A DNA stretch of 64,000 nucleotides from Spirochaetia bacterium (GCA_963668545.1 OY764868.1:1426065-1490064); one strand, 5' to 3'; shown: positions 25,310 to 36,285, counted from the first letter of the stretch. The notes: generated by a model not told the origin, from the sequence alone. Program-made: numbers and translations.

Positions 25310-26999
25310 CCTGTTTTAAGAAATCACCAAGTGTTGCCATTGGTGCATCACCGTCATCCTGTATATATTTAGAAATCTCCTCTCTCTGGAGAGATTTTTT
25401 ATATTCCCTTATAGAAAGTGAAAGTTTTTTCTTTCTTGGGTTTATTTCAGTTACTGCTGCCTTGATCTTGTCGCCTACATTGTATTTTTCAAGTTCCTTG
25501 TCAGCATCTTCATTGTACTGATCTGAAATATTGCTTTTATTTATAAGACCTTCAATATCGCCCTGCACTTTCACAAAAAGACCGAAATCAGTTTTTCCGG
25601 ATATTTCACCTTCAATTACTTTGCCTTTCGGGAAGTTCTTGTAAAGGAAATCCCATGGATTTTCTTCAAGCTGTTTTACACCCAGTTTGATCCTTCTGTT
25701 TTCCTTGTCAATGCCTATAACAATAACCTTGATGTTCTCATCCTGTTTAAGAACTGAGAAAGTATTTTTAACTTTCTTTGTCCAGGAAAGGTCATCAATA
25801 TGAAGAAAACCGCTGATTCCCTCTTCAAGCTCAATAAAAGCACCTGCATTGGTAACTTTTGATATTTTTCTTTCCAGCTGTGTACCTACAGGATAGATTT
25901 CATCAATTTTGTCCCAGGGATTTTCAAATACCTGTTTTATACCTAGAGATATTCTTCCCTGCTCAAGATCGTATGAAAGAATCATGCATTCAACTTCATC
26001 ACCGATTTTGAATACTTCTTTGGGATGATTGATTTTTTTGACCCATGAGAATTCAGATATATGGGCCATTCCTTCAATACCTTCCTCAAGTTCAATAAAT
26101 GCACCGAAATCGGTGAGCTTGGTTACTTTTCCTGTAATAATGTCATTTACATGATATTTATTTTCGAAAGAAAACCAGGGGTTATCTGAAAAATGCTTTA
26201 ATGAAAGGTTTATTTTATTGTTTTCCTTATCAATGTTGATAAGTTTAAGCTTTATTTTCTGGTCTTTTTTTACATAATCCTTCGGTCTTGCTACATGTCC
26301 CCAGCTCATATCATTGATATGAAGAAGACCGTCAAAACCTCCGAGATCAATAAATGCACCGAAAGAAGCAATGCTTTTCACTGTTCCTTCTACCTCATCT
26401 CCAACCTGTGCATTTTCGAAAAATTCATCTTTCTTTTTATTCTGAATATCTGAGAGGTATTTTCTTCTGTTGAGAACAATATTCACTTTTTTATCGCTGT
26501 AAAGTCTCTCAATAAGGAAATCTGATTTTATATTGATATATTTATCAGGATCTTCAACCTTGACAACATCTGTTTTTGATATAGGGAGAAAAGCTCTTAT
26601 GCTGTGACCGAGAGAAACTTCAAATCCCCCCTTGATGCTTTTTGTAATGGTACCTTGAACAGGAAGCTTGTCCTGAAAAGCATTTTTAAGATTTATCCAG
26701 AATTCCTTTTCATCATATTTTCTTTTGGATACTACTATCTGTCCGTCCTTGCTTTCTTTTTTAACAAGAATTACTTTGACTTCATCATTCAGTTCAGGAG
26801 CCTTTTCAAATTCTGTTATAGGTATTTTTCCTTCAGATTTGTATCCGATGTCTATAAACACAGTTTCATTTGTTACCTGTATAACATTACCTGTAACTAC
26901 CTGTCCCTCTTCCAGATCATCGAGAGATTTCAGGTATTCTTCCTGAAGGTTTGTCTGGTTTATAGTGTCTTCGTTGATGATGTTTTCCTTCTCAGCCAT
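25299..26999 (-). CDS. rpsA: 30S ribosomal protein S1
   Basis: 566 aa with six S1 repeats (…GKIPITEFE…, …GLLHINDMSW…, …GMAHISEFSW…, …GFLHIDDLSW…). Confidence 0.9.
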   Translation of the reverse strand: MAEKENIINEDTINQTNLQEEYLKSLDDLEEGQVVTGNVIQVTNETVFIDIGYKSEGKIPITEFEKAPELNDEVKVILVKKESKDGQIVVSKRKYDEKEFWINLKNAFQDKLPVQGTITKSIKGGFEVSLGHSIRAFLPISKTDVVKVEDPDKYINIKSDFLIERLYSDKKVNIVLNRRKYLSDIQNKKKDEFFENAQVGDEVEGTVKSIASFGAFIDLGGFDGLLHINDMSWGHVARPKDYVKKDQKIKLKLINIDKENNKINLSLKHFSDNPWFSFENKYHVNDIITGKVTKLTDFGAFIELEEGIEGMAHISEFSWVKKINHPKEVFKIGDEVECMILSYDLEQGRISLGIKQVFENPWDKIDEIYPVGTQLERKISKVTNAGAFIELEEGISGFLHIDDLSWTKKVKNTFSVLKQDENIKVIVIGIDKENRRIKLGVKQLEENPWDFLYKNFPKGKVIEGEISGKTDFGLFVKVQGDIEGLINKSNISDQYNEDADKELEKYNVGDKIKAAVTEINPRKKKLSLSIREYKKSLQREEISKYIQDDGDAPMATLGDFLKQGDN

Positions 27000-27012
27000 T
27001 TGAAAAAAACTC

Positions 27013-27663
27013 CTAATATTTATTCTGCCTGTTTTTATTTATTTCAGACATTACTTTCTCACAAACTTGATCTATGGTCAAGTCCGAAGTATTCAAATAA
27101 ATTGCATCTTCAGTGATTTTTAAATTGCCGTATTCCTTGTTGCGGTCTATTTCATCCCTTTTTTTTATGCTTTCTTCAATTTCTCTAACGTTTTTCTGAC
27201 TTACTCCCTGATTGGATCTTCTTGAAGCCCTTGTTTCGATTGAAGCATCCAGAAAAACCTTGACATCGGCATCCGGGAAAACAACAGTTGTCATGTCTCT
27301 TCCTTCTGCAATTATGTCAAGATTTTCAGATACTGATCGGATCTTTCTGTTGATTTCAATCCTCAGCTCTTTTATGGAAGAAACCTCTGCAACATTTGAA
27401 TCAATTTCATCGGTGTGGAGAAAGTCTTCAACATCCATGCCGTTAAGATATATATGTGAATTTATAATCCTGATATCTGATTTTTCAGCAATTTCGATGA
27501 GTTTTTCAGAATCAGTCAAATCAATTTTACTGTTAATTGCTTCAAGGGTAACAGCCCTGTAAAAGTTACCTGTATTCAGATAAAAAAGATCTGCTTTTTG
27601 TGAAATTAGTTTTGCTATAGTGCTTTTTCCTACACCTGCCGGTCCGTCAATAGCTACTGTCAA
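27013..27663 (-). CDS. cmk: cytidylate kinase
   Basis: 216 aa. P-loop VAIDGPAGVGKST and the NMP-kinase fold. Confidence 0.9.
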   Translation of the reverse strand: MTVAIDGPAGVGKSTIAKLISQKADLFYLNTGNFYRAVTLEAINSKIDLTDSEKLIEIAEKSDIRIINSHIYLNGMDVEDFLHTDEIDSNVAEVSSIKELRIEINRKIRSVSENLDIIAEGRDMTTVVFPDADVKVFLDASIETRASRRSNQGVSQKNVREIEESIKKRDEIDRNKEYGNLKITEDAIYLNTSDLTIDQVCEKVMSEINKNRQNKY

Positions 27664-28394
27664 TGTTCTTCTCCCTTGAATCTGGAAAACCAGTCAATTT
27701 CCTTTTTGCCAAGATATCTGTAGCTTCCGGGATAAAGATTCCCTATTTTGACATTACCTATCCTTATCCTGTGGAGCTTTTTAACCTTTATCCTGTAATG
27801 GGTAAACAGCTTTCTTATCTCCCTGTTTTTTCCCTCTGTAAGGACTATGTGTATCTTTACAGGGTTTTTTATGGTATACCTGTTTATCCTGTAGTATACC
27901 CCTTCAATATTAATACCTCTGATCATATCAGAAAGGACTTTTTCATCTACAGGTGAACCTGTTTCAACAACATATTCCTTTTCCATTTCTGAAGACGGAT
28001 GTGTGATTTTTTCTGCAAAATCACCGTCATTTGTAAGAAAAATAAGTCCGGTAGACATATAATCAAGCCTTCCTACATAAAAAAGCCTGTAGGAGCTGAA
28101 CTCCTGAAAATACTGATTAATTGTATCTCTTCCTTCAGGATCATAGTTTGAACAGAGTACTTTTCTTGGTTTGTAGAATGCTATGTAGAATTTCTTTTTT
28201 GAAGGGGATACCCTGTTTCCTCTGTAATATACAATATCATCGGGGAAAACCTTTTCTCCCATTTTTGTAATGTAACGGTTATTTATTTTAACATGACCCT
28301 TGCTGATCAGTTCTTCACATTTTCTTCTGGAACCCAGGCCGCATTGTGAAAGATAAACCTGAAGCCTTATCCCCTCTTTTTCATCTCTATCCAT
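27660..28394 (-). CDS. rluB: rRNA pseudouridine synthase (RsuA/RluB family) with S4 domain
   Basis: 244 aa. S4 RNA-binding N-terminus (LQVYLSQCGLGSRRKCEELISKGHVKINN) and catalytic Asp in VGRLDYMSTGLIFLTNDG. Confidence 0.85.
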   Translation of the reverse strand: MDRDEKEGIRLQVYLSQCGLGSRRKCEELISKGHVKINNRYITKMGEKVFPDDIVYYRGNRVSPSKKKFYIAFYKPRKVLCSNYDPEGRDTINQYFQEFSSYRLFYVGRLDYMSTGLIFLTNDGDFAEKITHPSSEMEKEYVVETGSPVDEKVLSDMIRGINIEGVYYRINRYTIKNPVKIHIVLTEGKNREIRKLFTHYRIKVKKLHRIRIGNVKIGNLYPGSYRYLGKKEIDWFSRFKGEEH

Positions 28395-28926
28395 TTAATT
28401 CAAACCTTTTAAGATCAGTTTCTTCAAGTTTCGGAAGGTCTGAAATACTGTTCAGTTTGAAAAGTTTAAGAAAATCAGGAGTAGTACCGTATGTCACCGG
28501 TTTGCCCGGGATATCCTTTTTACCGACCTCCCTGATAAGTTTCCTGCTTAAAAGAAGCCTGATCATTCCGTCAGCCGACACACCTCTGATATTTTCCACT
28601 TCACCTCTTGTGATAGGCTGGGAATATGCAATTATAGAGAGGGTTTCGATTGCTGCCCGCGAGAGTCTGTTTTCATTTTTCTTGCCGTATCTGACTTTAA
28701 GGTAACCCCAGAGTTCCTCTTTCGGTATAAGCTGGTAACCGCCTACTATTTCAGTAAGATCCATTCCCCGTGAAGGGTCCTCATATTTTTCCCTGAGATT
28801 TTTAATTGTTTCTGAAACAACTTCCTTAGACAGATCTGTAATCTTTATAATTGTATTGATATCAATCGGATCACTTTCCAGAAAAAGTATTGCCTCGATA
28901 AGTGCTTCCTCTTTTTCCAACTTCAT
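28387..28926 (-). CDS. scpB: segregation and condensation protein B
   Basis: 179 aa, winged-helix ScpB family. Immediately downstream of scpA. Confidence 0.8.
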   Translation of the reverse strand: MKLEKEEALIEAILFLESDPIDINTIIKITDLSKEVVSETIKNLREKYEDPSRGMDLTEIVGGYQLIPKEELWGYLKVRYGKKNENRLSRAAIETLSIIAYSQPITRGEVENIRGVSADGMIRLLLSRKLIREVGKKDIPGKPVTYGTTPDFLKLFKLNSISDLPKLEETDLKRFELNG

Positions 28927-29702
28927 TATCCTTCCTTGTTTTCATGAGAAATATTATCTGTGCTTAATTTATCAGCAGAGTATTTTTTTATACGGATATC
29001 TCCGAACATCTTATTCTGATAGACCTGGATAATTTTGTTTTTAACAGCATCCAGTACAGCCAGAAATGAACATACAAATTCAAGTATTGATGAATTGTTT
29101 ATAATAAGCTCATTAAACAGAATTTCATTGTTTTTATCAAGAAGTTCAGACATTAGTGTTAGTTTTTCGTTTATTGAAACTTCTTCATAAAAATCTATTA
29201 TCTGTTCATTTGACAGATTTCCGACAATACTTGAAAAGGTCTGGAGAAGGTCCCATACATCCACTTCCTCCCATAATTCCTTATCATCGACAAAAGAAAA
29301 ATTTCTCTGCTTTTTGTTTCTCTCAATAATCCATTCTGATTCTTTTTCCTTGACAGACATGAGGTCTGATATTTTTTTGAATTTCTGGTACTCGATAAGC
29401 CTTTCCACAAGTTCTGACCTCGGATCCTCAAATTCATCTTCAACGTTAACTTCCACAGGGAGCAGCATTTTTGATTTGATGTATAGCAGTGTAGATGCCA
29501 TGATGTAGAATTCAGAAAGATTATCAAGGTTCTTTTTTGCAGCATATTCAAGGTATGCAAGATACTGTTCAACAATCTCAGCTATGGGAATATCGTAGAT
29601 GTTTACTTCTGATTTTCTGATAAGAAAAAGAAGGAGATCTAGAGGGCCTTCAAATTCCTGCAGTTTGAATTTATGTGATGAATCGTTCTGAATCTGTTCC
29701 AT
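28926..29702 (-). CDS. scpA: segregation and condensation protein A
   Basis: 258 aa kleisin, with the ScpA N-terminus (FEGPLDLLLFLIRKSEVNIYDIPIAEI). Confidence 0.8.
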   Translation of the reverse strand: MEQIQNDSSHKFKLQEFEGPLDLLLFLIRKSEVNIYDIPIAEIVEQYLAYLEYAAKKNLDNLSEFYIMASTLLYIKSKMLLPVEVNVEDEFEDPRSELVERLIEYQKFKKISDLMSVKEKESEWIIERNKKQRNFSFVDDKELWEEVDVWDLLQTFSSIVGNLSNEQIIDFYEEVSINEKLTLMSELLDKNNEILFNELIINNSSILEFVCSFLAVLDAVKNKIIQVYQNKMFGDIRIKKYSADKLSTDNISHENKEG

Positions 29703-29705
29703 AAA

Positions 29706-30284
29706 TTATTTTCCCCTTTTATATTGATTTTCAATATATCGGCACGATTCAAAGTAGTATATACCATCTTCTTCAACAGAATTCATTATATCAGAATATC
29801 TGCTGCCTGTCTGCGGATCGGAAATGCTGATGTCAAATTCAAGAAGAGGTTTAAGAACAAAAAGCCGCTCTTTGATACCGGGATGGGGAATTTCAAGTAA
29901 ATCAGTTTTTAATACTGTATTTCCGAACAAAAGGATATCTATATCAAGAGGCCTTGGCCCCTTGAACCCGGATTTTTTTCTGTCCCTGCCGAGCATGTAC
30001 TCAATATCATGAATAATATCCAGCAGTTCAGCAGCTGTCATGCTGCATCTTCCCTTGAAGACTGCATTGAGAAAACGGGGCTGATCTGTCATATACATTG
30101 GTTCAGTTTCATAAAGAGAAGATGTTTCAAGTTCTTCCAGATATTCTTCCAGAAGACTGAAACCTTTAATTATATTGTCTTTTCTGTTTCCCAGATTTGA
30201 ACCGATTCCGAGATATACTGTCTCAGAAGAGTTCTGCTTTTTCAAGGTTATCCCCTGCCTCCGGTTTGTTGATGTTTTCTGCAT
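29706..30284 (-). CDS. folK: 2-amino-4-hydroxy-6-hydroxymethyldihydropteridine pyrophosphokinase
   Basis: HPPK motifs YLGIGSNLG and [13 protein letters not shown]. The ORF 5' end overlaps the recA 3' end by 62 nt, so the true start is probably further downstream. Confidence 0.8.
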   Translation of the reverse strand: MQKTSTNRRQGITLKKQNSSETVYLGIGSNLGNRKDNIIKGFSLLEEYLEELETSSLYETEPMYMTDQPRFLNAVFKGRCSMTAAELLDIIHDIEYMLGRDRKKSGFKGPRPLDIDILLFGNTVLKTDLLEIPHPGIKERLFVLKPLLEFDISISDPQTGSRYSDIMNSVEEDGIYYFESCRYIENQYKRGK

Positions 30285-31341
30285 TCTTCTTGTCGGCAGT
30301 ATCAGCTTTGTCCGGAAACAGAAGTTTTCTCACCTTTATGTCAATCTCTTTGTATATATCCGGGTTCTGTTCGAGGAATTCTTTAACATTTTCCCTTCCC
30401 TGACCTATTTTGTCTTCGCCGTACGAGTACCAGCTTCCGCTTTTCTGGATGATGTCGCCGGTGATTGCTGCATCAAGAAGGCATCCGGTTGCAGATATGC
30501 CTTTACCGAATATTATTTCCAGTTCAACTTTTCTGAAAGGGGGAGCCACCTTGTTTTTAACAATTTTGATTCTGACCCTGTTCCCTGTTGATTCTTCCCC
30601 TTTTGTTATTGTCTCTATCTTACGAACCTCGATCCTGACAGATGAATAAAACTTGAGAGCTTTTCCTCCTGTTGTTGTTTCAGGATTGCCGAACATTACA
30701 CCTATTTTCATTCTGATCTGGTTGATGAAAATCATTGCTGTATTTGACTTTGAAAGGATTGATGTGAGTTTCCTGAGTGCCTGGCTCATAAGCCTGGCCT
30801 GAAGACCCATGTGGGAATCACCCATATCCCCCTCGATTTCCGCCTGGGGAGTCAGCGCTGCTACAGAGTCAATTACAATTATATCAACTGCGCCTGACCT
30901 GACAAGGGATTCCGCAATTTCAAGGGCCTGTTCGCCGGTATCCGGCTGAGAAACCCATAGTTCATCAGTATTTACCCCAAGATTAGCCGCATAGATTGGA
31001 TCCAGTGCATGCTCAGCATCAATAAATGCCGCTACCCCACCCTGTTTCTGAGCTTCTGCAATTGCGTGGAGGGCAAGTGTTGTTTTTCCTGATGATTCAG
31101 GTCCGTATATTTCAATTACTCTCCCTTTCGGATATCCTCCGATACCGAGTGCAGCATCAAGTGTAATTGATCCTGAAGGAATTGTCTTTATCCCTTGATT
31201 AATGCCGGTATCTCCAAGTTTCATGAGAGATCCTTTGCCGAACTGTTTTTCAATCTGCAGCCTGGCTGCTTCCAGAGCTTTAACCTTTTCGCTGTCAGAA
31301 GTTTTTATTTCTGTTTTTAAAACTTCACCTTTTTTTGCCAT
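30223..31341 (-). CDS. recA: recombinase RecA
   Basis: 372 aa. Walker [10 protein letters not shown] and L1/L2 loops. Very high conservation. Confidence 0.97.
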   Translation of the reverse strand: MAKKGEVLKTEIKTSDSEKVKALEAARLQIEKQFGKGSLMKLGDTGINQGIKTIPSGSITLDAALGIGGYPKGRVIEIYGPESSGKTTLALHAIAEAQKQGGVAAFIDAEHALDPIYAANLGVNTDELWVSQPDTGEQALEIAESLVRSGAVDIIVIDSVAALTPQAEIEGDMGDSHMGLQARLMSQALRKLTSILSKSNTAMIFINQIRMKIGVMFGNPETTTGGKALKFYSSVRIEVRKIETITKGEESTGNRVRIKIVKNKVAPPFRKVELEIIFGKGISATGCLLDAAITGDIIQKSGSWYSYGEDKIGQGRENVKEFLEQNPDIYKEIDIKVRKLLFPDKADTADKKNAENINKPEAGDNLEKAELF

Positions 31342-31444
31342 TATGTCCTCCTGAAATGATAACTGATATTATGCTGCAGATACTTCAAAGCTGAATTTTA
31401 CATATTTACTTTACGAGGTCAATAACCGTCGTTATAATTGTTGC

Positions 31445-32059
31445 ATGCCTCTGTTAATATTTACTGCAATGCTGGGTCTGTTAAATATAACATCTAATTC
31501 TGCTCAGGAAAATGATAATTATTCAAGAACAGAATGGGTAACTGAATCAGACAGCAGCAGCAACAGGCTGGTTTCTGAAATTATAATGAAATCAGGCTTG
31601 ACTGACAGAATAGATCTGATTAAACAGCTGGGTATGAGGGAGGACAGGGATTTCTGCAGAATTGCTGAAGATATTTATTACAGCCTGGATTGTCCAGACA
31701 GGGACAGGGAGCTGATTTTATATTTCACAGTGAACTCGTTTATCAAATCGCCAGGTGATTATGAAATAAACAGGAATGTATTCGAAGAAATATTTTACTC
31801 TGTTGACAGCTTTTCAGAATCAATTCTGCGAAAGGAGATTATCAGGAAAACAGAATATACTGATAAAAAAACTGCATTGAAGATACTGACCAGGGAAGGA
31901 AGGATGCTTGCTGAAATGGGAAGGGAAAACAGTCTGTTAAACCCTGTTATTCTTGAGGAATGCAGGGTCTATAGAAGTTATTCTGAAAAGTACAGTGAAG
32001 CTGTTCTTGATCAGATTAATGATGTTATCTACAGGAATGTATTAAAACTGCAGGAATAG
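31445..32059 (+). CDS. hypothetical secreted protein
   Basis: 204 aa. N-terminal signal-like segment and no recognisable motif. The only plus-strand gene in a long minus-strand array. Confidence 0.4.
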   Translation: MPLLIFTAMLGLLNITSNSAQENDNYSRTEWVTESDSSSNRLVSEIIMKSGLTDRIDLIKQLGMREDRDFCRIAEDIYYSLDCPDRDRELILYFTVNSFIKSPGDYEINRNVFEEIFYSVDSFSESILRKEIIRKTEYTDKKTALKILTREGRMLAEMGRENSLLNPVILEECRVYRSYSEKYSEAVLDQINDVIYRNVLKLQE

Positions 32060-32509
32060 TCAGAAATCCTTGAATGAATCCACAAGAATAGTAACAGGTC
32101 CGTTATTTATATAGTCTATCTTCATTTTGGCTCCGAATACACCTGTTTCTGTCCTGAACCCCCTTTCCCTTATCATATTGACAGCTTTCTGGTAGTAGTC
32201 ATTGCCTTTTTCAGGAGATGCAGCTCCGTTATATGATGGTCTTCTCCCTTTTCTTGTATCACCGTATAGGGTGAACTGGGATATAACCATTATTTCACCT
32301 TCTATGTCAGTGACCGATCTGTTCATTTTACCGTTTTCATCTTCAAAAATCCTGAGATTAACTACTTTATCCACGGTATAATCAAGATCCTTTTCTGTAT
32401 CATCTGTATGTACACCAAGATAAACCAGGATTCCTTTTTCGATTTCCCCCTCAGAATTACCATCAACTGAAACTGATGCACTGTCTACACGCTGTACAAC
32501 TGCTCTCAT
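32060..32509 (-). CDS. dtd: D-aminoacyl-tRNA deacylase
   Basis: 149 aa. N-terminal MRAVVQRV and the SQFTLY motif. Confidence 0.9.
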   Translation of the reverse strand: MRAVVQRVDSASVSVDGNSEGEIEKGILVYLGVHTDDTEKDLDYTVDKVVNLRIFEDENGKMNRSVTDIEGEIMVISQFTLYGDTRKGRRPSYNGAASPEKGNDYYQKAVNMIRERGFRTETGVFGAKMKIDYINNGPVTILVDSFKDF

Positions 32510-33579
32510 TTTATAAACTTCCTTATTGAGACTGCACTTATTCTGAATGTATCGGAAGTATGCAGTTTACCTATAATCTCATATGAAAAATCCTCTTCAA
32601 GAAGAACCGGGAAATCGACATTGACCCTTATTATACCTTCAAGCAGCTTTCCGTCTTCATATCCCACAAGGAAATCAAAATCCAGATTGCTTTCATTTAC
32701 ACTTATATTGGTGATTTTACCCTTCCATTTTACATAACAGTTGTTGAACAGAAACGGTTTTTCAGCAACTTCACCAAAGTTTATTGTGTTATTGAAATAT
32801 CTGAAATCCGGTTTTTCCAGATATGACTGAAGAAGAGTTGCCTTATCCTTAACATTTTCCGAAGCATTTGAAAACAGCAGCCTGTTAATTTCAATCTGTG
32901 CGCTGTTGTCATTGTTATCTATAAAGTGTTTTCTTGCCCTGTCGAAAGTCTTGATTATTTCCTTTTCTGTAAGATCTATTTCGAAATAACCGTTTTCAGC
33001 GGTCAGATTGCTGTTTTTATCAATACTGACCTCCGGATATATATTATTCCTGTTTTTAATATAACTTATTGTCTTTACTGCAGAGAAATAAAGACCAGCT
33101 GAAATGGATAGTGTTAAAACAAGGACCAGGATAATTCTGATAAATTTATTGATGGAAACAGTGAATTGTCCCGGAATAAGCCTGTTTATGTTTTTTTTAA
33201 TAAACTGATCTGAAACACTGTCAGGAACACCGCTTTTCCTCAGAAGATTGAGACCTCTCTTTGCAAACCTGTTGTCGGGATGCTTGTCAAGAACTTCAAG
33301 CCAAAGACGTATTGATTCCTTTGAATTATTTCTTTTAAGGTGAATAACAGCCAGTGCCAGAAGAGTACTGCTGCTTACAGGATTTATCTGAAGTGATCTT
33401 CTGATATAGGAATTTGCGCCGCTGTAATCTCCTGTAAAAAGGCAGGAGACACCAAGCAGATAGTAATATCTGTCATCTTCGCGATAATTGAATACATCAG
33501 GCTCAAGAAGTCTTATGACTTTTGAATAATTGCCGTATCTGAAATATTTCTGTGCTTTTTTAAGGTTATTGCTCTTCAT
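32506..33579 (-). CDS. TPR-repeat membrane protein, hypothetical
   Basis: 357 aa. N-terminal TPR repeats, a central TM helix (IRIILVLVLTLSISAGLYFSAV) and a C-terminal domain of unknown function. Confidence 0.5.
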   Translation of the reverse strand: MKSNNLKKAQKYFRYGNYSKVIRLLEPDVFNYREDDRYYYLLGVSCLFTGDYSGANSYIRRSLQINPVSSSTLLALAVIHLKRNNSKESIRLWLEVLDKHPDNRFAKRGLNLLRKSGVPDSVSDQFIKKNINRLIPGQFTVSINKFIRIILVLVLTLSISAGLYFSAVKTISYIKNRNNIYPEVSIDKNSNLTAENGYFEIDLTEKEIIKTFDRARKHFIDNNDNSAQIEINRLLFSNASENVKDKATLLQSYLEKPDFRYFNNTINFGEVAEKPFLFNNCYVKWKGKITNISVNESNLDFDFLVGYEDGKLLEGIIRVNVDFPVLLEEDFSYEIIGKLHTSDTFRISAVSIRKFIK

Positions 33580-34468
33580 TCACCGGTTCACTGGTTTCAG
33601 TTTTATTTACAACTGGATTATCTGATTTATCTTTATTATCATTATTCATATTTTTTAAAATTTCAATCTCTTTTTCCTGGAGTTTCAGTTTGTCCTGAAG
33701 AACAGCAATCTGTTTTTTAAGAACACTGTTTGTTTCCCTGAGTGTAAGGACTTCGTTGCTGATTTCATTATCTGACAGTATGGCCAGTTTTCTCTGGTAT
33801 GCAAGAAGAGCCTGCTTATATTCCTTTTCCTTTTTAATGAAAAGCTCTCTTTCATTCAATGATTCCTCATGGCTCCATTTGAGGAGCTTTAAAAGCTCAT
33901 CTTCTTTTTTCCCCAGATTTATCAGTTCTGCCCTGTAGTTCGAAGCTTCATATTTATAGCTTTCAGGATAATCGTAAATAACCTTTTTATAAAAGGACAA
34001 TGCCTTGTCTTTATGGCCCAGATAAAAAAGAGACTCACCTATCCAGAAGTATGCGTTGCCGTTAAGCCTGTTTTCACCTGATTTCTCCAGAAATGTATGC
34101 ATCTTTTCGATTGATTTCTCATAATCATTTTCGATGAAAAGTATTCTTCCTTTCTGGTATACAGAATTAACTGCCTCAGCTGTTCCAGGATATTTTTCAA
34201 CTATGACATTAAATATATTATCTGCCTTGCTGTAGTTACCAAGGGCCATATTGGACTGCCCTGACCAGTAGTATAAAACCGGTTCATATTCAGGATCGCA
34301 TCCGGAAAGTGCATTCTCAAAATAAGTAAGTGCCATGTCATACTGATTATTTAAATAGGCTTCCTTGCCTTTCTCATAATCACTGTAAAATGCGGATTCC
34401 GTATAAACATTGGAATGGAGTGTTATAATAAATAAAATAATAACAGATACGGTTTTCGATAATTTCAA
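33566..34468 (-). CDS. secreted TPR-repeat protein with C-terminal coiled coil
   Basis: 300 aa. Signal peptide, TPR repeats, and a Lys/Glu-rich heptad region. Confidence 0.5.
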   Translation of the reverse strand: MKLSKTVSVIILFIITLHSNVYTESAFYSDYEKGKEAYLNNQYDMALTYFENALSGCDPEYEPVLYYWSGQSNMALGNYSKADNIFNVIVEKYPGTAEAVNSVYQKGRILFIENDYEKSIEKMHTFLEKSGENRLNGNAYFWIGESLFYLGHKDKALSFYKKVIYDYPESYKYEASNYRAELINLGKKEDELLKLLKWSHEESLNERELFIKKEKEYKQALLAYQRKLAILSDNEISNEVLTLRETNSVLKKQIAVLQDKLKLQEKEIEILKNMNNDNKDKSDNPVVNKTETSEPVNEEQ

Positions 34469-34507
34469 GGGATTCCTCCTCTGAAATTATCGGAAAAACC
34501 TGCATAT

Positions 34508-35194
34508 TTATTTACTCACAGCTCTGAAATCACTGCTTTTTCTTATTTTCTCTGCAATAACTGCAGGATTGTCGGAATTGAAGAAAGCAGATGCAGTTAT
34601 CAGTATATCAGCTCCGTATTCTATGAGTTTACCTGATGTCTCAGGATTTACTCCCCCGTCAACAAAAATTGTGAAATCAAGATTATTTTCTCTGCGGATA
34701 ACATCGAGCTGCCTGATTTTGTCTACACAGGACTGTATCATCTTCTGACCTGAAAAACCGGGATTGACTGTCATGACCTGAACATAATCAACATCTGAAA
34801 TAATTTCAGAGAGAAAATCAACAGGCGTTGAAGGTACAAGACATATACCTGCTTTTACACCGCGTGATTTTATATATTCCAGAGACCTGTGTACATGTAT
34901 ATCCGCTTCAATATGAAACGAGAGTGAATCTGCTCCCGCATCCATATATGAATCAAGGAACTTTGCCGGGTTATTCACCATCAGGTGAACATCAAGCGGA
35001 AGTTCTGTAATTTTCCTGATATCTGCTACAAATTTGTTTCCGAAAGTTATATCAGGAACAAAATGACCATCCATTATATCAAGATGAAGCATGTCTATAC
35101 CTGATGTTTCACAGAGACGGACAGCTTCTTTAAGAGAGCTCAGATCAGCTCCCAAAACAGATGCAGCAATAAGTTTTTTCTTTAATTCTTTCAT
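34508..35194 (-). CDS. rpe: ribulose-phosphate 3-epimerase
   Basis: 228 aa. MLHLDIMDGHFVPDITFG and FVDGGVN motifs. Confidence 0.9.
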   Translation of the reverse strand: MKELKKKLIAASVLGADLSSLKEAVRLCETSGIDMLHLDIMDGHFVPDITFGNKFVADIRKITELPLDVHLMVNNPAKFLDSYMDAGADSLSFHIEADIHVHRSLEYIKSRGVKAGICLVPSTPVDFLSEIISDVDYVQVMTVNPGFSGQKMIQSCVDKIRQLDVIRRENNLDFTIFVDGGVNPETSGKLIEYGADILITASAFFNSDNPAVIAEKIRKSSDFRAVSK

Positions 35195-35249
35195 GGATCA
35201 TTATTAACAAATTATTATAATAAAAGCAATTATCAAAAAAGCTCTTTAA

Positions 35250-35277
35250 TTGACTATTTTCTGCTTCTGGGTATAAT
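35250..35277 (+). promoter_or_regulatory. sigma70-type promoter (TTGACT-16 nt-TATAAT)
   Basis: -35 at 35250-35255 and -10 at 35272-35277, about 14 nt upstream of the 35291 ATG. RBS GGAAGGA. Confidence 0.5.
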
Positions 35278-35290
35278 AGAAGGAAGGATT

Positions 35291-36238
35291 ATGGATAAAC
35301 GTGTTATTAACAGCCAGAATGAATTAAGCGCAATACTGCAGCGTACAAGAGATATTATTAAAAACGGGGATTTTGACGAGGCAAGAACTGAGCTTGAAAA
35401 CGGATTATCCATTGATTTTAATAATACTGAAGTAATTACCGGCCTTAAATATATAAATTTCTGGATTGAAAGGAAGTCAAAATTCCATAACGTATCGGGG
35501 CATTTTGAAAGAGGAATGTATCTGTTCAAGCAGTGGGAAAAATTTCAGGAATTTATACAGAAATACAGTTTGAAAGACGAGATGACTCTTTATGCCCTCA
35601 AGTACTGGGTATTCAGCCAGGCTCTTTACCATTTCCTGGAAATACTTAATCATTCCCCTGATGATTATGAAATGCTTATAAAAATAGGGATATCATATAA
35701 AAATCTGGGTGATTACTGCAAGGCTCTCGAGTATCTGGAATATGCCGGTCAGAAGAAAAATGATGATGCAGAACTGCTTTCGGAAATGGCTGACTGTTAT
35801 GCTTTGATTAATGAAGTGAGGGCTGCAAAAATATTTTTCAGGGAGGCATTCTTTATTGATCCTTCAAAAATAAATCTGTATTCCATGGAATCTCTTCTGA
35901 TCGCTAAGCTTATTGAAAATATCAGGAGTCAGGGATATGAAAAAACCGAACTTAATGAATGGATTCCTGTATACGGAGTACTTTACGGTGTTTTTAATAT
36001 AAAAAGGGAGCTAAAAGCGCTTGAGCTTGGGAAACTTAAGCAGTCAATTCATGCACTGGAAAACAGATATGAAGAGGAACCTGAAAACAGGTATATTACA
36101 ATTCCGCGCCTGTTAAACAGGTATTTCTGGCTGATTGATTATTATATTAATGTAAAAGACAGCCGTGACAGAATAGAGGATATTCTCAAAAAAATTAATA
36201 AATTAAATCCTTCAGTATATGAACTTTATACAAACTAA
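35291..36238 (+). CDS. hypothetical protein, TPR-like helical repeats
   Basis: 315 aa, cytoplasmic and helical. Immediately upstream of greA. Confidence 0.45.
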   Translation: MDKRVINSQNELSAILQRTRDIIKNGDFDEARTELENGLSIDFNNTEVITGLKYINFWIERKSKFHNVSGHFERGMYLFKQWEKFQEFIQKYSLKDEMTLYALKYWVFSQALYHFLEILNHSPDDYEMLIKIGISYKNLGDYCKALEYLEYAGQKKNDDAELLSEMADCYALINEVRAAKIFFREAFFIDPSKINLYSMESLLIAKLIENIRSQGYEKTELNEWIPVYGVLYGVFNIKRELKALELGKLKQSIHALENRYEEEPENRYITIPRLLNRYFWLIDYYINVKDSRDRIEDILKKINKLNPSVYELYTN

Positions 36239-36285
36239 GGTTGTTATACTTCTCATAATTTTATAAAATACTTCTGGAGATAAAA

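Noticed and set aside
29706-30284. Apparent 62-nt overlap between folK and recA coding regions
   Set aside because: This is most likely an over-extended folK 5' end in the ORF track. The conserved HPPK start (YLGIGSNLG) lies well downstream of the listed Met, so the real overlap is probably small or nil.
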